Source: Callorhinchus milii (lineage: Eukaryota). From it: a stretch of 64,000 nucleotides of DNA. Position 1 is the stretch's first letter; every line of letters begins with the position of its first letter. The notes below the pieces were generated by a model. The model had not been told where the DNA came from, did not search any database, and saw nothing but the letters and a program-made list of their open reading frames with translations. Positions 24,742-37,500 of this stretch are shown one piece after another. The position numbers were made by a program, and so were the translations under genes. The stretch covers positions 116,252,001-116,316,000 of the forward strand of contig NW_024704742.1 in assembly GCF_018977255.1 (NCBI RefSeq), in the 5' to 3' direction.

Positions 24742-26182
24742 ACAACAACAACAACAAAATGACATTTATAGAGCACCTTTCACATCGGGAGGACCTCCCA
24801 AAGCGCTGAACAGTCAGATGTTGGGGCCTGAGCATGGGGGAGTGGTGGTGTAGGGTTGAGGGAAGGCAGAGAGGTGGGAAAGAGACCAAAGGCACGATCG
24901 AAGAGAAGGGTCTTGAGACCGGCCTTGAAGGAGGCAAGGGAGGAAGCGAGGCGAAGGGACTGTGGGATGGAGTTCCACAGTGTGGGGGCAGAGAGGCTGA
25001 AAGCCCGGCCACCGATGGTAGGGTGGGTCGGGCGGGAGACATGGAGCAGGCCGGAGCCCACTGAACGGAGGAACCGGGCAGGTTGGTAGGGAGTCAGCAG
25101 GTTAGAGAGGTAGGAGGGGGCAAGGCCATGGATGGCCTTAAAGGTGAGGACAAAGATCTTGAACTCGATCCTCTGGGGGATGGGGAGCCAGTGGGTTCGG
25201 GCGATAGTGGGAGTGATGGGGTCACGGAGCCTGGTGCATGAGAGTACACGAGATGCAGAGTTTTGGATGATCTGCAGCTTGTGAAGGGAGGAATTAGGAA
25301 GGCCGATGAGGAGGGAGTTTCCATAATTGAGCCTTGATGTGATGAATGCATGAGGGCTTTGGCAGCCTGAGGGGTGAGGCAGTGGTGGAGTCTGGGAATG
25401 TTGCGGAGACGTTGGTAGGCAGTACCGGTAATGGTGCGGATGTGGGGGAGAAAGGATAGTTCAGGGTCAAACAAGACACCCAGGTTCCTGACTGGCTTAG
25501 TGAGGTTGAGTGTGCAGCCATGGAGGCTGATACTGCCAGCGCCGAGAGTGCGGAGGCGCTGGAGGGAGTCAATCAGGAGGGCCTCGGTCTTGCTGACGTT
25601 GAGTTGGAGAAAGTTGTCCCTCGTCCAGGACGAGGATGAGGGACCTTGATTATGAGGAAAGGCTAGAGAGGTTAGGATTGTTCTCATTGGAGCAGAGAAG
25701 GTTACGAGGAGACCTAATAGAGGTCTTCAAAATCATGAGGTGATTTGATAGGTTAGAAAGGGAAAAACTGTTTCCACTGGTGGGTGTGTCGGTGACTCAA
25801 GGTCACAGATTCAAAAAAGTCTCCAAAAGAAGCAGAGGGGAGGTGAGAAGAAATTTTTTCACGCAGCGAGTTGTTCGAATCTGGAACGCATTGCCTGAAA
25901 GGATGGTCGAGGCCGATTCGATAACTACTTTTAAGCATGCGGTAGACGGGTATTTGAAGAGGACGGGTTTGCAGGGTTATGGGGAAAGGGTTGGGGAGTG
26001 GGATTGACATTAATTGCTCTATTCAAAGAGCCGGCACAGACTCGATGGGCCGAATGGCCTCTTTTTGTGCTGTACGATTCTATGATTCTATGATTCTATG
26101 ACTTGATGTCAGACAGGCAGTTGGTCAGGACCCCAGTAGTCCTGGAGTTGAGGGTGGAGGCATAGAGATAGAGTTGGTGTCA
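24742..26182 (-). mobile_element. L2-clade LINE 3' half, interrupted by CR1
   Basis: WTRDNFLQLNVSKTEALLI, RNLGVLFDPELSF; resumes after 26102 up to a DTQLYL-like remnant; (ttg)n tail at 24742-24760. Confidence 0.92.
25632..26101 (+). mobile_element. CR1-clade LINE 3' fragment nested in L2
   Basis: Encodes YEERLERLGLFSLEQRRLRGDLIEVFKI...RNFFTQRVVRIWNALP; ends (attctatg)3. Confidence 0.95.
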
Positions 26183-29100
26183 GACCCTTAGCAGACCCTG
26201 AAACCTCTGCACTGTGCCTTCAGCCACTACACCCTATCCTCTGGAACTCCCTGTCTCAGTCCTACTACCTTACCCCCTCTTTATCTTTAAATCCCGTCTT
26301 AAGACCCAGGTCTTCAACCATGCCTATGCCTATGCCTCATCCTCCCCTTCTACCTTGTTCGAGGTCTAACCCCGTCAATGTCCAACTCTCGAAGACTGCA
26401 TGAAGGGCACTATATAAATGCAGGTCATTGTTGAATCAAGTCTTGCTCACTAATTTTTTAAAAAAACCAATATCTCTATTAATCATGTTACACAAAGTGT
26501 TAAAGCAATGAGGGTGTTGCTCTACCTGTCGGTCAGTTTAGTGCACTTTAATGATATATGTTGCTCATAATGGAAAAATCCCATCATAAATCAGTATAGA
26601 TATTTCCTCAATATACTGGCACATGGAGCTTGACCATTATTTTGTTTGCTTGCAAGCAGGAAAATAAATTGCAAAACCCCATAAAGACACATCAAGGCCC
26701 AGCTCCTCTCACAGCTCATTTTTTATTATTAACAGCTCACAGCTCTGTTATTATTGTTGGTGTCGGTGGCTGACCTCTATATTTAAAGTGGAAACTTTAC
26801 AAAACTTGGGATCTTCCTCCAAATTGCAATCTTCCTCCAAAATCTTACAATTGAAATATTTTGGTGGATTGCAGAAGAACATAGGGATTTATACGAAAAG
26901 ACCATTCCTTTTCCTTAGCTCTCAATCTCACAGCTGTATATCACCGAGTAGCTCATCTCTTCAACACTGACTCTGGATAGTTCTTGAGCCTGTTTAAACT
27001 TTCTCAATCCCCTTGACAATCTTAAAAAGTTTCCAATGAGTCACCACTGAGAAGATTAGTCATCTGCCAACCTTAACTTACATCGTCTAACCTCGAGATG
27101 CTGCTGTGATAAGCAGGTCACTTGGAGCTAAAGCAGACAACACAATGTTGAATCATTTTTCAGAGGCCTGCACAGTGCCTCTGATGGCATCAAGGGTAAA
27201 GGCACTGGCAGGCAAACACTAGGAAGATTGGAGGTTCAAGTCTAGGTCTGTATTAAATCAGTTTATCTCAGCTAGACCAGAAGGTTGATACTCCCATTGG
27301 CTGAGTAGTTTGCTAACACTCACTGTCTAGGCTCATGTAAGACTAACTATCTCTTGTCTGATGCATGGGAGAGTGATCAGCATCAGTGGAGCTGTACTGC
27401 AGAAGTATGGGGCAAAAAAATCTGTACGGTCAAAACAGATGAGGGAGAAAACAAGCAGAGAAAAATTGGCGAGAAGAAAGGTAATGCTCCGAAAAATAAT
27501 TTGACACTTCTTTTATGGCAAATTATTCAGGTTAAGCTCTTCCTTTGATTCAAAATTGAGAGTTAAATTTATAATAATTCTTAAATTTGGTATAACACCT
27601 ATAACACAAAGACTTCTCAAAGCACGTCACAGGTAATTAGTGATCAGTGACTGTATTTTTAGGCAAATATGTCAGCCAATTTTGGCACAGCAATACCCAC
27701 AAATGTCTATGAAGAGAATTTATCTAGGGATTGTTGACCAGGACACAGGGAGAAATTCCCTCTCTGTTTAATAGTGCTATGGGATTTTTAACATCCATCC
27801 AAACAGGCAGACATGACCTCTGGTAACCCATCTCCCCCAATACTGCACTGGAGTGTCAGCCTAGACTGTGAATTCAAAGCCCTGATGTGAAGCTCGAACT
27901 ATTCTCGCCTTGGGACGTTCTCCTGACGTGAAAGGCACTATACAAATGTAATATTGTTGTTGTTGCATTCTGACTCAGAGATGAAAGTACTACCAACTGA
28001 ACCAGACCTTAATGTTTTTAGCTTCCAAAATAAACCTGAACATCACTTAATGTGAACAGACAGATTTAATTATACAATATGAAGTCACAACAGTTAGGAC
28101 CCTCTGCTCAGGTCCTGACCCAACTGTCCAGCGCCTTGGGACGTCCTCCCAACGTGAAAGGCGCTCTATAAATGAAATCTTGTTGTTGTTGTTGTTGTAG
28201 CTTACTTCACCTTTAAAAAATGTGATCACAACAGTGGCTGCAATTCCTTATTTGCATATCAATTCTCATTCCCCTTCAGGAGGAGCATTCTGAAAGCCCA
28301 ATAATCAATGTCAGAAATATGACACTATTGATTTTGAGCTTTCTCACTGCACAACAATGTTGCTGTTAAACTTTCTGTCAAGAACCACAATTCCCAGCAG
28401 AGCCACATTCCAGAGGACTTTCAGGAACACTACAATGCACTGAGCCAAATAGTGATGGATTACATCCACGTTACACAGTTAGCTACTGTTTCTACATGCT
28501 CTTCCTTGCTGACTTAAAACATAAGAATTTGCTAGGCAAAAGGAAACCGATGTCCATCCAGTTCGCCATCCACCACCCTGGCAGTCACATGACATGTCAT
28601 TTCCCAAACTATACATTGTATCCTGAGATATTATCTATCTAATTTGTTCTTGAAAGACATCTACAAACATGGGGAGTTTTCACATGCACAGAGATGACAC
28701 AAAATACATAGGTACGACAATTTACTGTGAAGCACTTTGAGGTATTCTCTCAACAAGTGAAAAGTGCTGTAAGAATCAAATGCAAGAATTATTCTTATTA
28801 TATCTACTCCTTTACTTCTGCCCTTGATTGCAGGTCCACTAATGTTCTGATCACTTGCCAGTCAGACATCGTCCTGGATAATTTCTTCTCAATATGAACA
28901 TTGTCATAACAACGTTAATAAAAAAAATTTAAACTCATCATATAGTGGACCTTCTAAAAGGCCTTTGATGACATCAGAAACGTCTTTAAAATTTACAGTG
29001 GATATCAAGGGTAAGACACTTGGATTAGTAACTGGTGAAAGGCAAGGAATGAAGCAGAGGGTAATCATGAGGGGACAGCTAAATTTGGGAGGTGGGAATA

Positions 29101-29269
29101 TATTGAATAGGTGCTTCAGGGGTCTTTGCTGAGAATTTTTCTTGTTCAAACAAAGTTTAATATAGATAAATGACGCGTATCGCACATCGGAAATTAAAAT
29201 AGGAGGCACATGTACTACTGAAACTTGTCAGGTGGGAAATTGATGAGATGTTCGTGGTAGTAGTTGCCT

Positions 29270-30104
29270 TGAGGAAAAACATTATCAATTTCTACTAAAA
29301 ACATTGCTATTTTTAGCGGTGTCTTTCGATAAGCCCCAGTGTTATTGTGACACACCTATAAATCTTTCACATTTGGGCTAAATTGAGATGCTTATAGAAC
29401 ATCAAACATTCTGCAATTATAGTGTGCAGAAGTGATACACACTGTGTATCAGATGACAGGCACGTCTAATTATAGTCTTCGAGATGGCGTAATAGCCACA
29501 AGAGTGTGTGTGTCATGAATGGAAATCATAAACTACCCATTTATACTGGTATTTAGAAAACAGTACCTAACACTACATCTGTCTGTCAGCTCTATATGTG
29601 TGGCTAGAGTTCTTGAGTATTGAAAGGAGATTTCTCAGAGGGGACCTTATATAGGTATATATTGTTTGGGTTTGAAAAAGTAAACCTAGAACAATACTTT
29701 AGGTTGCACCAAAATAGTAGAACAAGACGTCATAGGTTTAGAGTTGCAAAGGGCAATTTCAGAATAGACACCCAAATTATTCTTCACCCAGATGGTAATT
29801 AACGACAAATTGCCAGGAAGGGTGTTGGAGACCAGTGAGCTCGACTTATTTTAAAAATAGCTTGATGCTTTGATGGGGAAGTCAGTGGGGTGGATAATCT
29901 GGAAGGATGAGATCAGATGGACTGAAGGGTTTACTTCACCCAAACTGATCTTGCGTGCATCTCTGAGGAAAACATTGTAAGTTTCTAACAAAAAGATTGT
30001 TATTTTTAGCGATGTCTTTGATAAACCTCAGTATTATTGTGACACACCTATAAATCTTTCACATATGCGATAAATTGAGATGTTTGTTGAATATCAAACA
30101 TTCT
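29270..30104. repeat. About 140-bp direct repeat pair (29270-29412 and 29964-30104) enclosing a degraded CR1 fragment (about 29600-29960)
   Basis: Shared core ttattgtgacacacctataaatctttcacat with colinear flanks. Confidence 0.85.
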
Positions 30105-30654
30105 CTAATTAGAACTCATTTCTGCCCATTTTACTCTGGGATTAACCATGGATCAATATGACAATTCAGCAGAGATTTGAGATGCAGTAATAATATTAAT
30201 AATCTTCACATTTGATATGGAATTTTTCACATCAGAAGGATGTCCTATAGCTCAGTGGTTAGAGCACTTACCTCACAAGCAAGAGACCTGGGTTCGATTC
30301 CCGGAAGGGCAAATTATGTCCGCAAGCATAAAGGCAGAGTAAGAAGCAGGGACATGCACGTCGCAGATAAGGAAAAGAAAAACTGCAAAATAAGAAGAGC
30401 TTAAAAAAAACATATAAGAACATAAGAAATACTAGACGAAAAAAAAATCAATCGAATATCCCACCATCACAATTGATTGTGACGTCTTCAATGAGAAGTG
30501 CTATGTCAAATGCAAGGATTATTATTATGTCTCAAAGCATTTCACAAGATAACTAAAATGTAATGATTGCATATTTTGTATACAAACGCGACAGCCAATT
30601 TGCACCTAGCAATGACCCACAACCATCTATGAAGTGAGTGACCAATTTTATTCA

Positions 30655-30952
30655 GAGATTGTTCGTTCCTCCGGGTCTAGCTTCCTCCTTGTCGCCCGAG
30701 TCCTCCTCTCCACCCTTGGCGGCCGTGCCTTCATCCACTATGCCCCGAGGCTCTGGAACTCCCTTTCTCACTCCCTTCGCCTTGTCCCTTCTCTTCCTAC
30801 TTTCAGGTCTCTGCTGAAGAGCTTTCTTTTCGACCGCGCCTTTGGTCACCTTCCTCCCCTCCCCCTGGCTCGCCCCGGGATCCGTTACTGTGAAGCGTTC
30901 TGAGACGCCGTCCGGCATGGAGGGCGCTATATAAATCCAAGTTGTTGTTGTT
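30655..30952 (+). mobile_element. L2 3' fragment nested in an older Deu SINE
   Basis: STLGGRAFIHYAPRLWNSL and (ttg)n tail; host SINE on the minus strand continues on both sides. Confidence 0.85.
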
Positions 30953-31309
30953 GGCCATGAACACCAGAAGAAACTCTGTTCAAATGGCGCCATGGGATCT
31001 TTAATGTCCATGTGAACAGGCTGATGGGACCTAGGTTAATGCTTCATAGGTGACACTGAAGTACAACACCTCCAGCAATGGAGTCCACTTCCCACCCCGC
31101 ACTGCATTGGAGTATCAAATCAGACCAAGTGAGTTGAAAGTCCTGACCTGGGGCTTGAACCCACAACCTTCTGACTCAGAGACGAGACTGCAACAACTAA
31201 GCCAGGCTGACACACAAATGTGACATTTGTATGTTTCAGTTTCTAAAATGTATTGCATTGATCAGGTTACTTTGATTGAACTCATGTTAAATACTTTTAA
31301 TACCTACAG

Positions 31310-31625
31310 ATCCCAGTTCACACTCGAACAGGAAGCTTAGGAGGTCAAGGGCTGGATATGTCATCAGTTTTTGTGAATGAGGCTGCGCTTCACTATTCTC
31401 TGAACAGCCACCAGAGGAACAATAACATGCGGGTGTTTCCTGAACCTCCCAAAGTGGACGGCTATTTGAGCTCCGCCACGAGGACTGATGAAAACCAGAA
31501 ACACGAAGTTCCCGTTCAGCTTGTGAGCACCACCAATCAGCTTCTAAAACCTGCCACAGTCCATCAGCAGATCCCAGCAAGACTGGCAAGTTTCTCCAAA
31601 ACGAACAGGGAGAAAAACAATAAAG
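31310..31625 (+). CDS. ARHGEF28: RhoGEF coding exon: IPVHTRTGSLGGQGLDMSSVFVNEAAL...VPVQLVSTTNQLLKPATVHQQIPARLASFSKTNREKNNK
   Basis: cctacag acceptor, gtaaat donor at 31626; 316 nt, phase 0/1; S.FVNEA motif. Confidence 0.88.
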
Positions 31626-32392
31626 GTAAATGGAAATACCCAAATCCTAGCAAATTACATTTGATTATTTCAAGGGTGCAGTCATTTGAAAACAATGCTT
31701 TCCTTCCAACTTCCAATGATTGCTACGGCTCATATATTTGAGCCAAGTCTTTGAAGATCTGACCAACTCGCTATTATATTTTTTTGTCAGTGAAACTTTT
31801 CATTTAAATGTCAGTTTTGAGAGTTATTCTCAAGGTTGACAATACATATTTTTCATATTGGTCTTATGCAATTATAATGGAGTTTCCAGGGAACTCCATA
31901 AAAACTGAATAGAACACATAACAGTAGTCATGCTGGTAATTCCTTAACAGTTAAAGAAAACTTAATTTTCTGAATGGAACTAAATTCAGGCAAATGCAAT
32001 ACAATTTCTTCACAGATAGAAATATATGTTTCACACCAAAGGCCAGAAGTGCCATTTCTCCATATTTGATTATTTGAATTTCAATTAGACCTTGAGCAGC
32101 TCCAGGGAGTTTCATATTCCCTGGGCAGGCTGTTTTTTAAACCATTTGTAGCTTGTGCTGATACTGAATCAAACCTAACATTGCAGTTAATATTGTCCAA
32201 ATGTCACAAGTAGTTTCATTATTGTAATACAGTAATACGGTTATTGCAGTGCTCCCAATGGCAAGTTCGTTGGTTAAACTCTAACAATATTCCCAATGCC
32301 CACTGGGTTCCTCAAGCCTCAATTCTTGCCAATCTGCACCAGTAGTAGGTAAGCAGGTAAGCAGGGTGCATCTCTCCAGAGAGTGCGGATTC

Positions 32393-32446
32393 CATTCCAT
32401 TCCAGATACTAAGAATTTTCATTCCATTCCAGATACTAAGAATTTT
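32393..32446. repeat. Perfect 27-nt tandem duplication
   Basis: cattccattccagatactaagaatttt x2, inside a copy of the unclassified repeat. Confidence 0.9.
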
Positions 32447-33560
32447 TACATGCCATCATATGTGGAAGGCTGTCTGTTTTGAATTCTCTTAAGCATGTAT
32501 GGGACATCCGGCTGAAAATTCCTCTCATCTCAAAAGTGCAGATATTGACTATTTTTTTTTCTCCAATTTTCTTCCCTCCGTTCCTGAAAAGACTTTGATC
32601 AGTTATGGTCCGCAGGCACAGCCCACCCTCTGATACCTCGCCCAACTGATGAATGAATGAACCTATATAGTGTCAGCATGTGTTTATATCAGTATCATGT
32701 TGATCTATGGCATTGATCATCGCCAACTCCAATGCTACATTTTACCCAGTATCCCTATGTGCTCACTTCCCAATGTAAGTGGATAGCTATCAGGGAACCT
32801 GGGCTAAACTTTGCCCTCTCTAGTCCAGAGAACTAGGCCAATGTGATACTTTGACTTAAGATTAGTGAACTCAGCATGGATGGCAACTGCAAAGGTAATT
32901 TTGCAAGTTATATGATTCTCTTGCCCAGACAGCAGCTTTGCTTCCTGAGCCAGTGAAGAATTACTGTATGTTGAAGTCTTGAAAGTAAGATGCCTCTGTG
33001 ATTTCTCCAATCTGATGGTGGTCTCCTCATTTGCATATAAAAATATGATGAAGTAATAAGAACCCTCGTACCTAAGATAAGTAAATTAACATTGCACTTT
33101 GGCCTCAAGATAGAAAACTTAATAAGCTTAGGACACAGCCTTCAGGTGAAACCACAGGATAGAAGGAGGCACTTGAATGATTCAATTGCCAATTTGTAAT
33201 TAAGCTGTTTCCTTCTTCCTGATAGATGATTGTCACATCAATTCTTACTTATCGCTACTTTGATGGGTTGCAAATTATCTAAAATTAAATTCCCAGCTTT
33301 TGTATTGTTTCCTCTTAAATGTTCTGCCTTTTCATGCCACAGAGTAAAGTACATGTTGGGGTGTGTCCAGTAAATAGGAATGTAATAATGCACAAAGGAT
33401 CATGATGCTTGTGAAGTTCACTGATCCAATTGAGTAATGTCAGATGTAACATCCCACGCTTCATTTTTTGAAATTCAGTCACCATGTACCTTCTAGCTGT
33501 ACAGAATTGCTGATCCATTATTAATAATAATAATCATTATCCTTGCATTTGATTATAATT

Positions 33561-34310
33561 GGAGTCCTGTAGTTTAGTAGTTAAAGCACTCAACAACAAC
33601 AACAACAAGATTCCATTTATAAAGCACCTTTCACGTCGGGAGGACGTCCCAAGGCGCTGTACAGTTGGGTCAGGACCCAAGCAAGGGGGAAATGGTCAGG
33701 TTGAGGGGGGGGAAGGGAGGGAGCAAGGAGGGGGTAGAGAGTCGAGAGGGGAGCTGAAGGCACGGTCAAAGAGAAAGGTCTTGAGACCGGCCTTGAAGGA
33801 GGAAAGGGAGGAAGCAAGGCGAAGGCACTGGGCGATGGAGTTCCAGAGCCTCGGGGCTGAGAGGCTGAAGGCCCGGCCACCGATGGTAGGCCCGTTGGGG
33901 TGGGGGATGTGGAGCAGACTGGAGCCAGAGGAACGGAGGGTATGGGCAGGTAGGTAGGGGAATAGTAGGATACTATCCCCTTGTAAGCGAAGAAACCTTG
34001 TAAGCGAGAGACCTGAGTTCGATTAACGGGAGGGCAAAACGTTGGGCAAATTTCCTTATTCCACACGCCTCTGTCTACCTTGCAGTAAGAACCCGGTTGT
34101 TAGTCAATTGGTGGATAGCTTTTCCAGGGGTAATAATTCCTTCAAAAAAATAATAATTTGGTTGCTCAATCCATGACTGTTTGTGAGACACTGCTGTGTG
34201 CAATTGGCTGCCGAGTTTCGCCCACAAAATATACAATCGATTCACTTTACAGTATATATTCTGAGAAGCGCTTTGAGACGCCTCAAAGACGTGATAATAA
34301 TAATAATAAT
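33561..34310 (+). mobile_element. Long-variant SINE whose tRNA head is split by an antisense L2 fragment (33592-33970)
   Basis: ggagtcctgtagtttagtagttaaagcactc, then L2 tail and body on the minus strand, then ccttgtaagcgagagacctgagttcg and the rest of the SINE. Confidence 0.9.
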
Positions 34311-34598
34311 ATTTACATTTGATACAGCGCCTTATCACGTCTTCTAGACCGCTCAAAGAGCTTCACAGAATGGACAGTAAAGTGAATTGACTGTGTATAT
34401 GAGGGCGAAATGCGCACAGCAGTGTCCCACAAACAGTCATGGTTTGAAGTGACCAATTTTTTATTGTTTCATTTTCTTGAGGGATTATTATCAGGCTTGT
34501 GGAGTAAGGAAACTTGCCCAAGCTTTCAATGTGCTGGGAATCGAACCCAGGTCTCTCTCTTGCAAAGCGAGTGCTCTAACCACTGAGCTACAGGACTA
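34295..34598 (-). mobile_element. tRNA-headed Deu-domain SINE, tail-to-tail with the preceding copy
   Basis: Ends ccactgagctacaggact on the + strand; shares the (taa)n junction. Confidence 0.9.
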
Positions 34599-37500
34599 CA
34601 CTATACAGGGCTTTATATCAAATTCAATTATTATTATTATAAAGCCTTATCACATCTTTCAGACATCTCAAAGCATTTCACAGAATATACTGTAAAGTGA
34701 ATTGACTGTATATTTTGTGGGTGAAATTTTAAAATATTTGAGAGCCTCCCTAGTGATTCACAAGTTAGTGTACCATGTGGTGGTGGTGTAAACCATTCAG
34801 ATACCATAGGTGGGGAACATTTATATAGTGCCCTGTATATAAATACACGTTGTTGAGGTTGATCCCATGCCCTTACTGAGCTAAAGCAGGATGGGAATTT
34901 GGCCTCAGATCCAAGAGATAGCAGAACCCACAGTTCTCTTCCTTATCACTATTCAGTGTCTCTGCTCCTTGGTAATGTGCAAGCACCTGAACCTTTGGTT
35001 GAGACAATGGATTTATAAAAGTGCTTAAACCTTGAAACCACCAGAAAATACTCTTGTGACGTCAACTGTTTTCTCTAGGGATTCCCCTGCACATCGTACC
35101 AATTTAAGATCTTAGGTCAGAGCAGAGCCTTGTGAGACAGCCTGATGTGCAGGTAATTGGTTCCCTGTAGAAATTCAGTTTGCATCACTGATGCTTTTCC
35201 TGGTGGGTACACCACTCAAGCCGTTTTACCCCCCATTACTTGGCTGGGATACCTCTATCCTGCCAGCACTCAGTATCCAGATTCACATAATAATAATAAT
35301 AATAATAATCAATAATCCTTGCATTTGATATAGCACCTTATCAAATTGTTGAGACATCTCAAAGCACTTCACAGAATATACTGCAATAGCTGTTCTTAAC
35401 GCTTAGAGAATAACAGCTACAAAATTAAGGCTGTATTTAAGAATTTGCCCAATTCTGTTCACACTGAAATGCTACATAAATAGAGTAAACCTAGACTTGA
35501 CGAGTGATTTATCAAATGCAAATGCAAGGATTATTATTATTTGAAGCAGGGTATAGGCTTTATTTCCGACCTCTAATTCTCTCCCCTCTCCTGTCACATG
35601 GACCACTAAATACATGCATAGCACTGTTAGCTATTAGTTTTAATGTTATGGATACTCAAGAGCTTTTAAGAAACCATACTGCTTGGATTTATATACTGCA
35701 GAACTGCAACTTTACACTGATGAAAGAAAGATGGAATCATCTATCTATCTCTCAAGTTGATCTCAGGAGGTGGGCTCTAGTATGAATCACTTCACAATTG
35801 CATATCACATCCCAGTTTTATATTATGTTTTTGTAATAATTTGTACAGTGGTTAGTGACCTGCTTGTGGTGAATCCTGAAGTTGTCACCTGATTTGGGGC
35901 CAAGACACTTGTACTTGGCATTGGACGGTTGCAATTGACCTGACAATGGTATGGATCATCTGGTAATATATAAGATGCTATAAAATAGAATTTCTATTAT
36001 ACAAATTCCATGACTGCCCCAGGACAAAGATGATGGGATTGCCTAGTACACTGGTATTGTCAAAGCCCTTGAAATGGCCTGCAAATTTGCTGGGTGCCTG
36101 ACTGCGTCCAGCATTGTTGTCACCCCTGAATAGAAAATAGCAATTGTCAAGGCAATCCACATGAGGGGATGAAAGTCAGATTCCAGGAACTCCAGACCGA
36201 CGAGATTTTGGGTTAAAGTTTATACAAATCATAGTGAGTGAGAACATCAGAATCCCAGACATCGTTTGGCAACAGTGTAGAACCTCTGGGCTTGGACATG
36301 TGATCCTGCAGGTGTGCATTTATCTATAGCTGAATGCGTGCAACAACAAAAATGTTAGTATTTGCATTTGAAAGGCTGCGTTCGTTATATGATCATAAGA
36401 CATTTCCTGCACCTGTGAGCTGGTATCCATGTGGTTTGGCATCAAATGCTGAATTGCTCAACCACCTTTCTGTTTGTGCAGCAATCTGAATTCTAGTACT
36501 AATGAATTGCTCCAGCTTTTGATTAAATAGTCTTTCACTAACTACTCTGGAGCACTCACCCATCTCCTCTTCTGGCATCTGTTTTTCCTTATTTGAATGG
36601 TCAACTAATGCCACTTTCAGCTTTCTGTGCCTGCCGCAGAGGAGAGTGCAGTACAAGATCAAATGCAAGGATTATTATTATTAAGTAGAGGTGTCTGGCA
36701 ACATGCAAGTAATAATAAAACTTGTGGTTGATTTTGTTCCTTAACATGACAGAGAGGCATCTCAAAGCGCTTCACGGGTAATTTACAATGCATTTCTGTG
36801 AATTTCATAGGTGGATACGGCAGTCAACTCGCACACAACAATGTTCAACAAAGTTAATGACCAGTTTTATCTGGGGGTTTGTTGGTCAGGAGTACTTGGA
36901 TTTATTCGTACCTTTCCCTGGAGAGAAATTCCAATTAGATTTAAGGGATGAAGGTATTCGGGAGTGTTTCAGAGGGTGTGGTTAATGCCTGACTGCCAAC
37001 ATTGGAATTAAGGCAACAAGCAACATGCAGCAGGTTTGGGTTAGCCAAGTGGAGGAACCGAGCAGATGAGGCTGGAGAAGATCACAGAGGTAAGGAGGGA
37101 TAAGGGCATGAAAGGATTTGTAGGTGAGTAAGGATCTTGAAGTCATTCCGTTGGTAGACAAGGAGTCAGTGGAGTCTCACCAGGACAGGAGTGATAGTAC
37201 TGACTAGCAGAGCTGCTCTTCCTGCGGCCAGTATGCTTAGTTTGGTCTGTCCATTCGTTCCACAGTGAACTATCCATGGATGCACTTTCTTGCAAAGTGA
37301 CCCAGTTGAATTGCAAATGCACCATCATTTAGTGGCATTGTCACCACACTCGAAGGAGAATGCTTACTGCAGCTGCCAAGCATTTTGCTGACCAGCACTG
37401 TTGCCAATGGCAATCGGTGAACCGACAGTATGACAGGATGGTCACATACACTGAGTGGATGGATAACCCGCCAATTGCACTCTATATCACTGCCACGAAC

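Noticed and set aside
28280..28369. Strong acceptor followed by EEHSESPIIN...
   Set aside because: No convincing donor before the stop and no recognisable homology.
31626..31741. ORF read-through past the exon donor
   Set aside because: A good gtaaat donor and a conserved downstream terminal exon exist; a 38-codon intronic extension is expected by chance.
32393..32446. Short direct repeats as a CRISPR-like array
   Set aside because: Two adjacent copies with no spacers, in a vertebrate intron; a simple slippage duplication.
35079..35153. AG...GT bounded segment in the long intron
   Set aside because: Stop codon in the required phase and in the other two frames.
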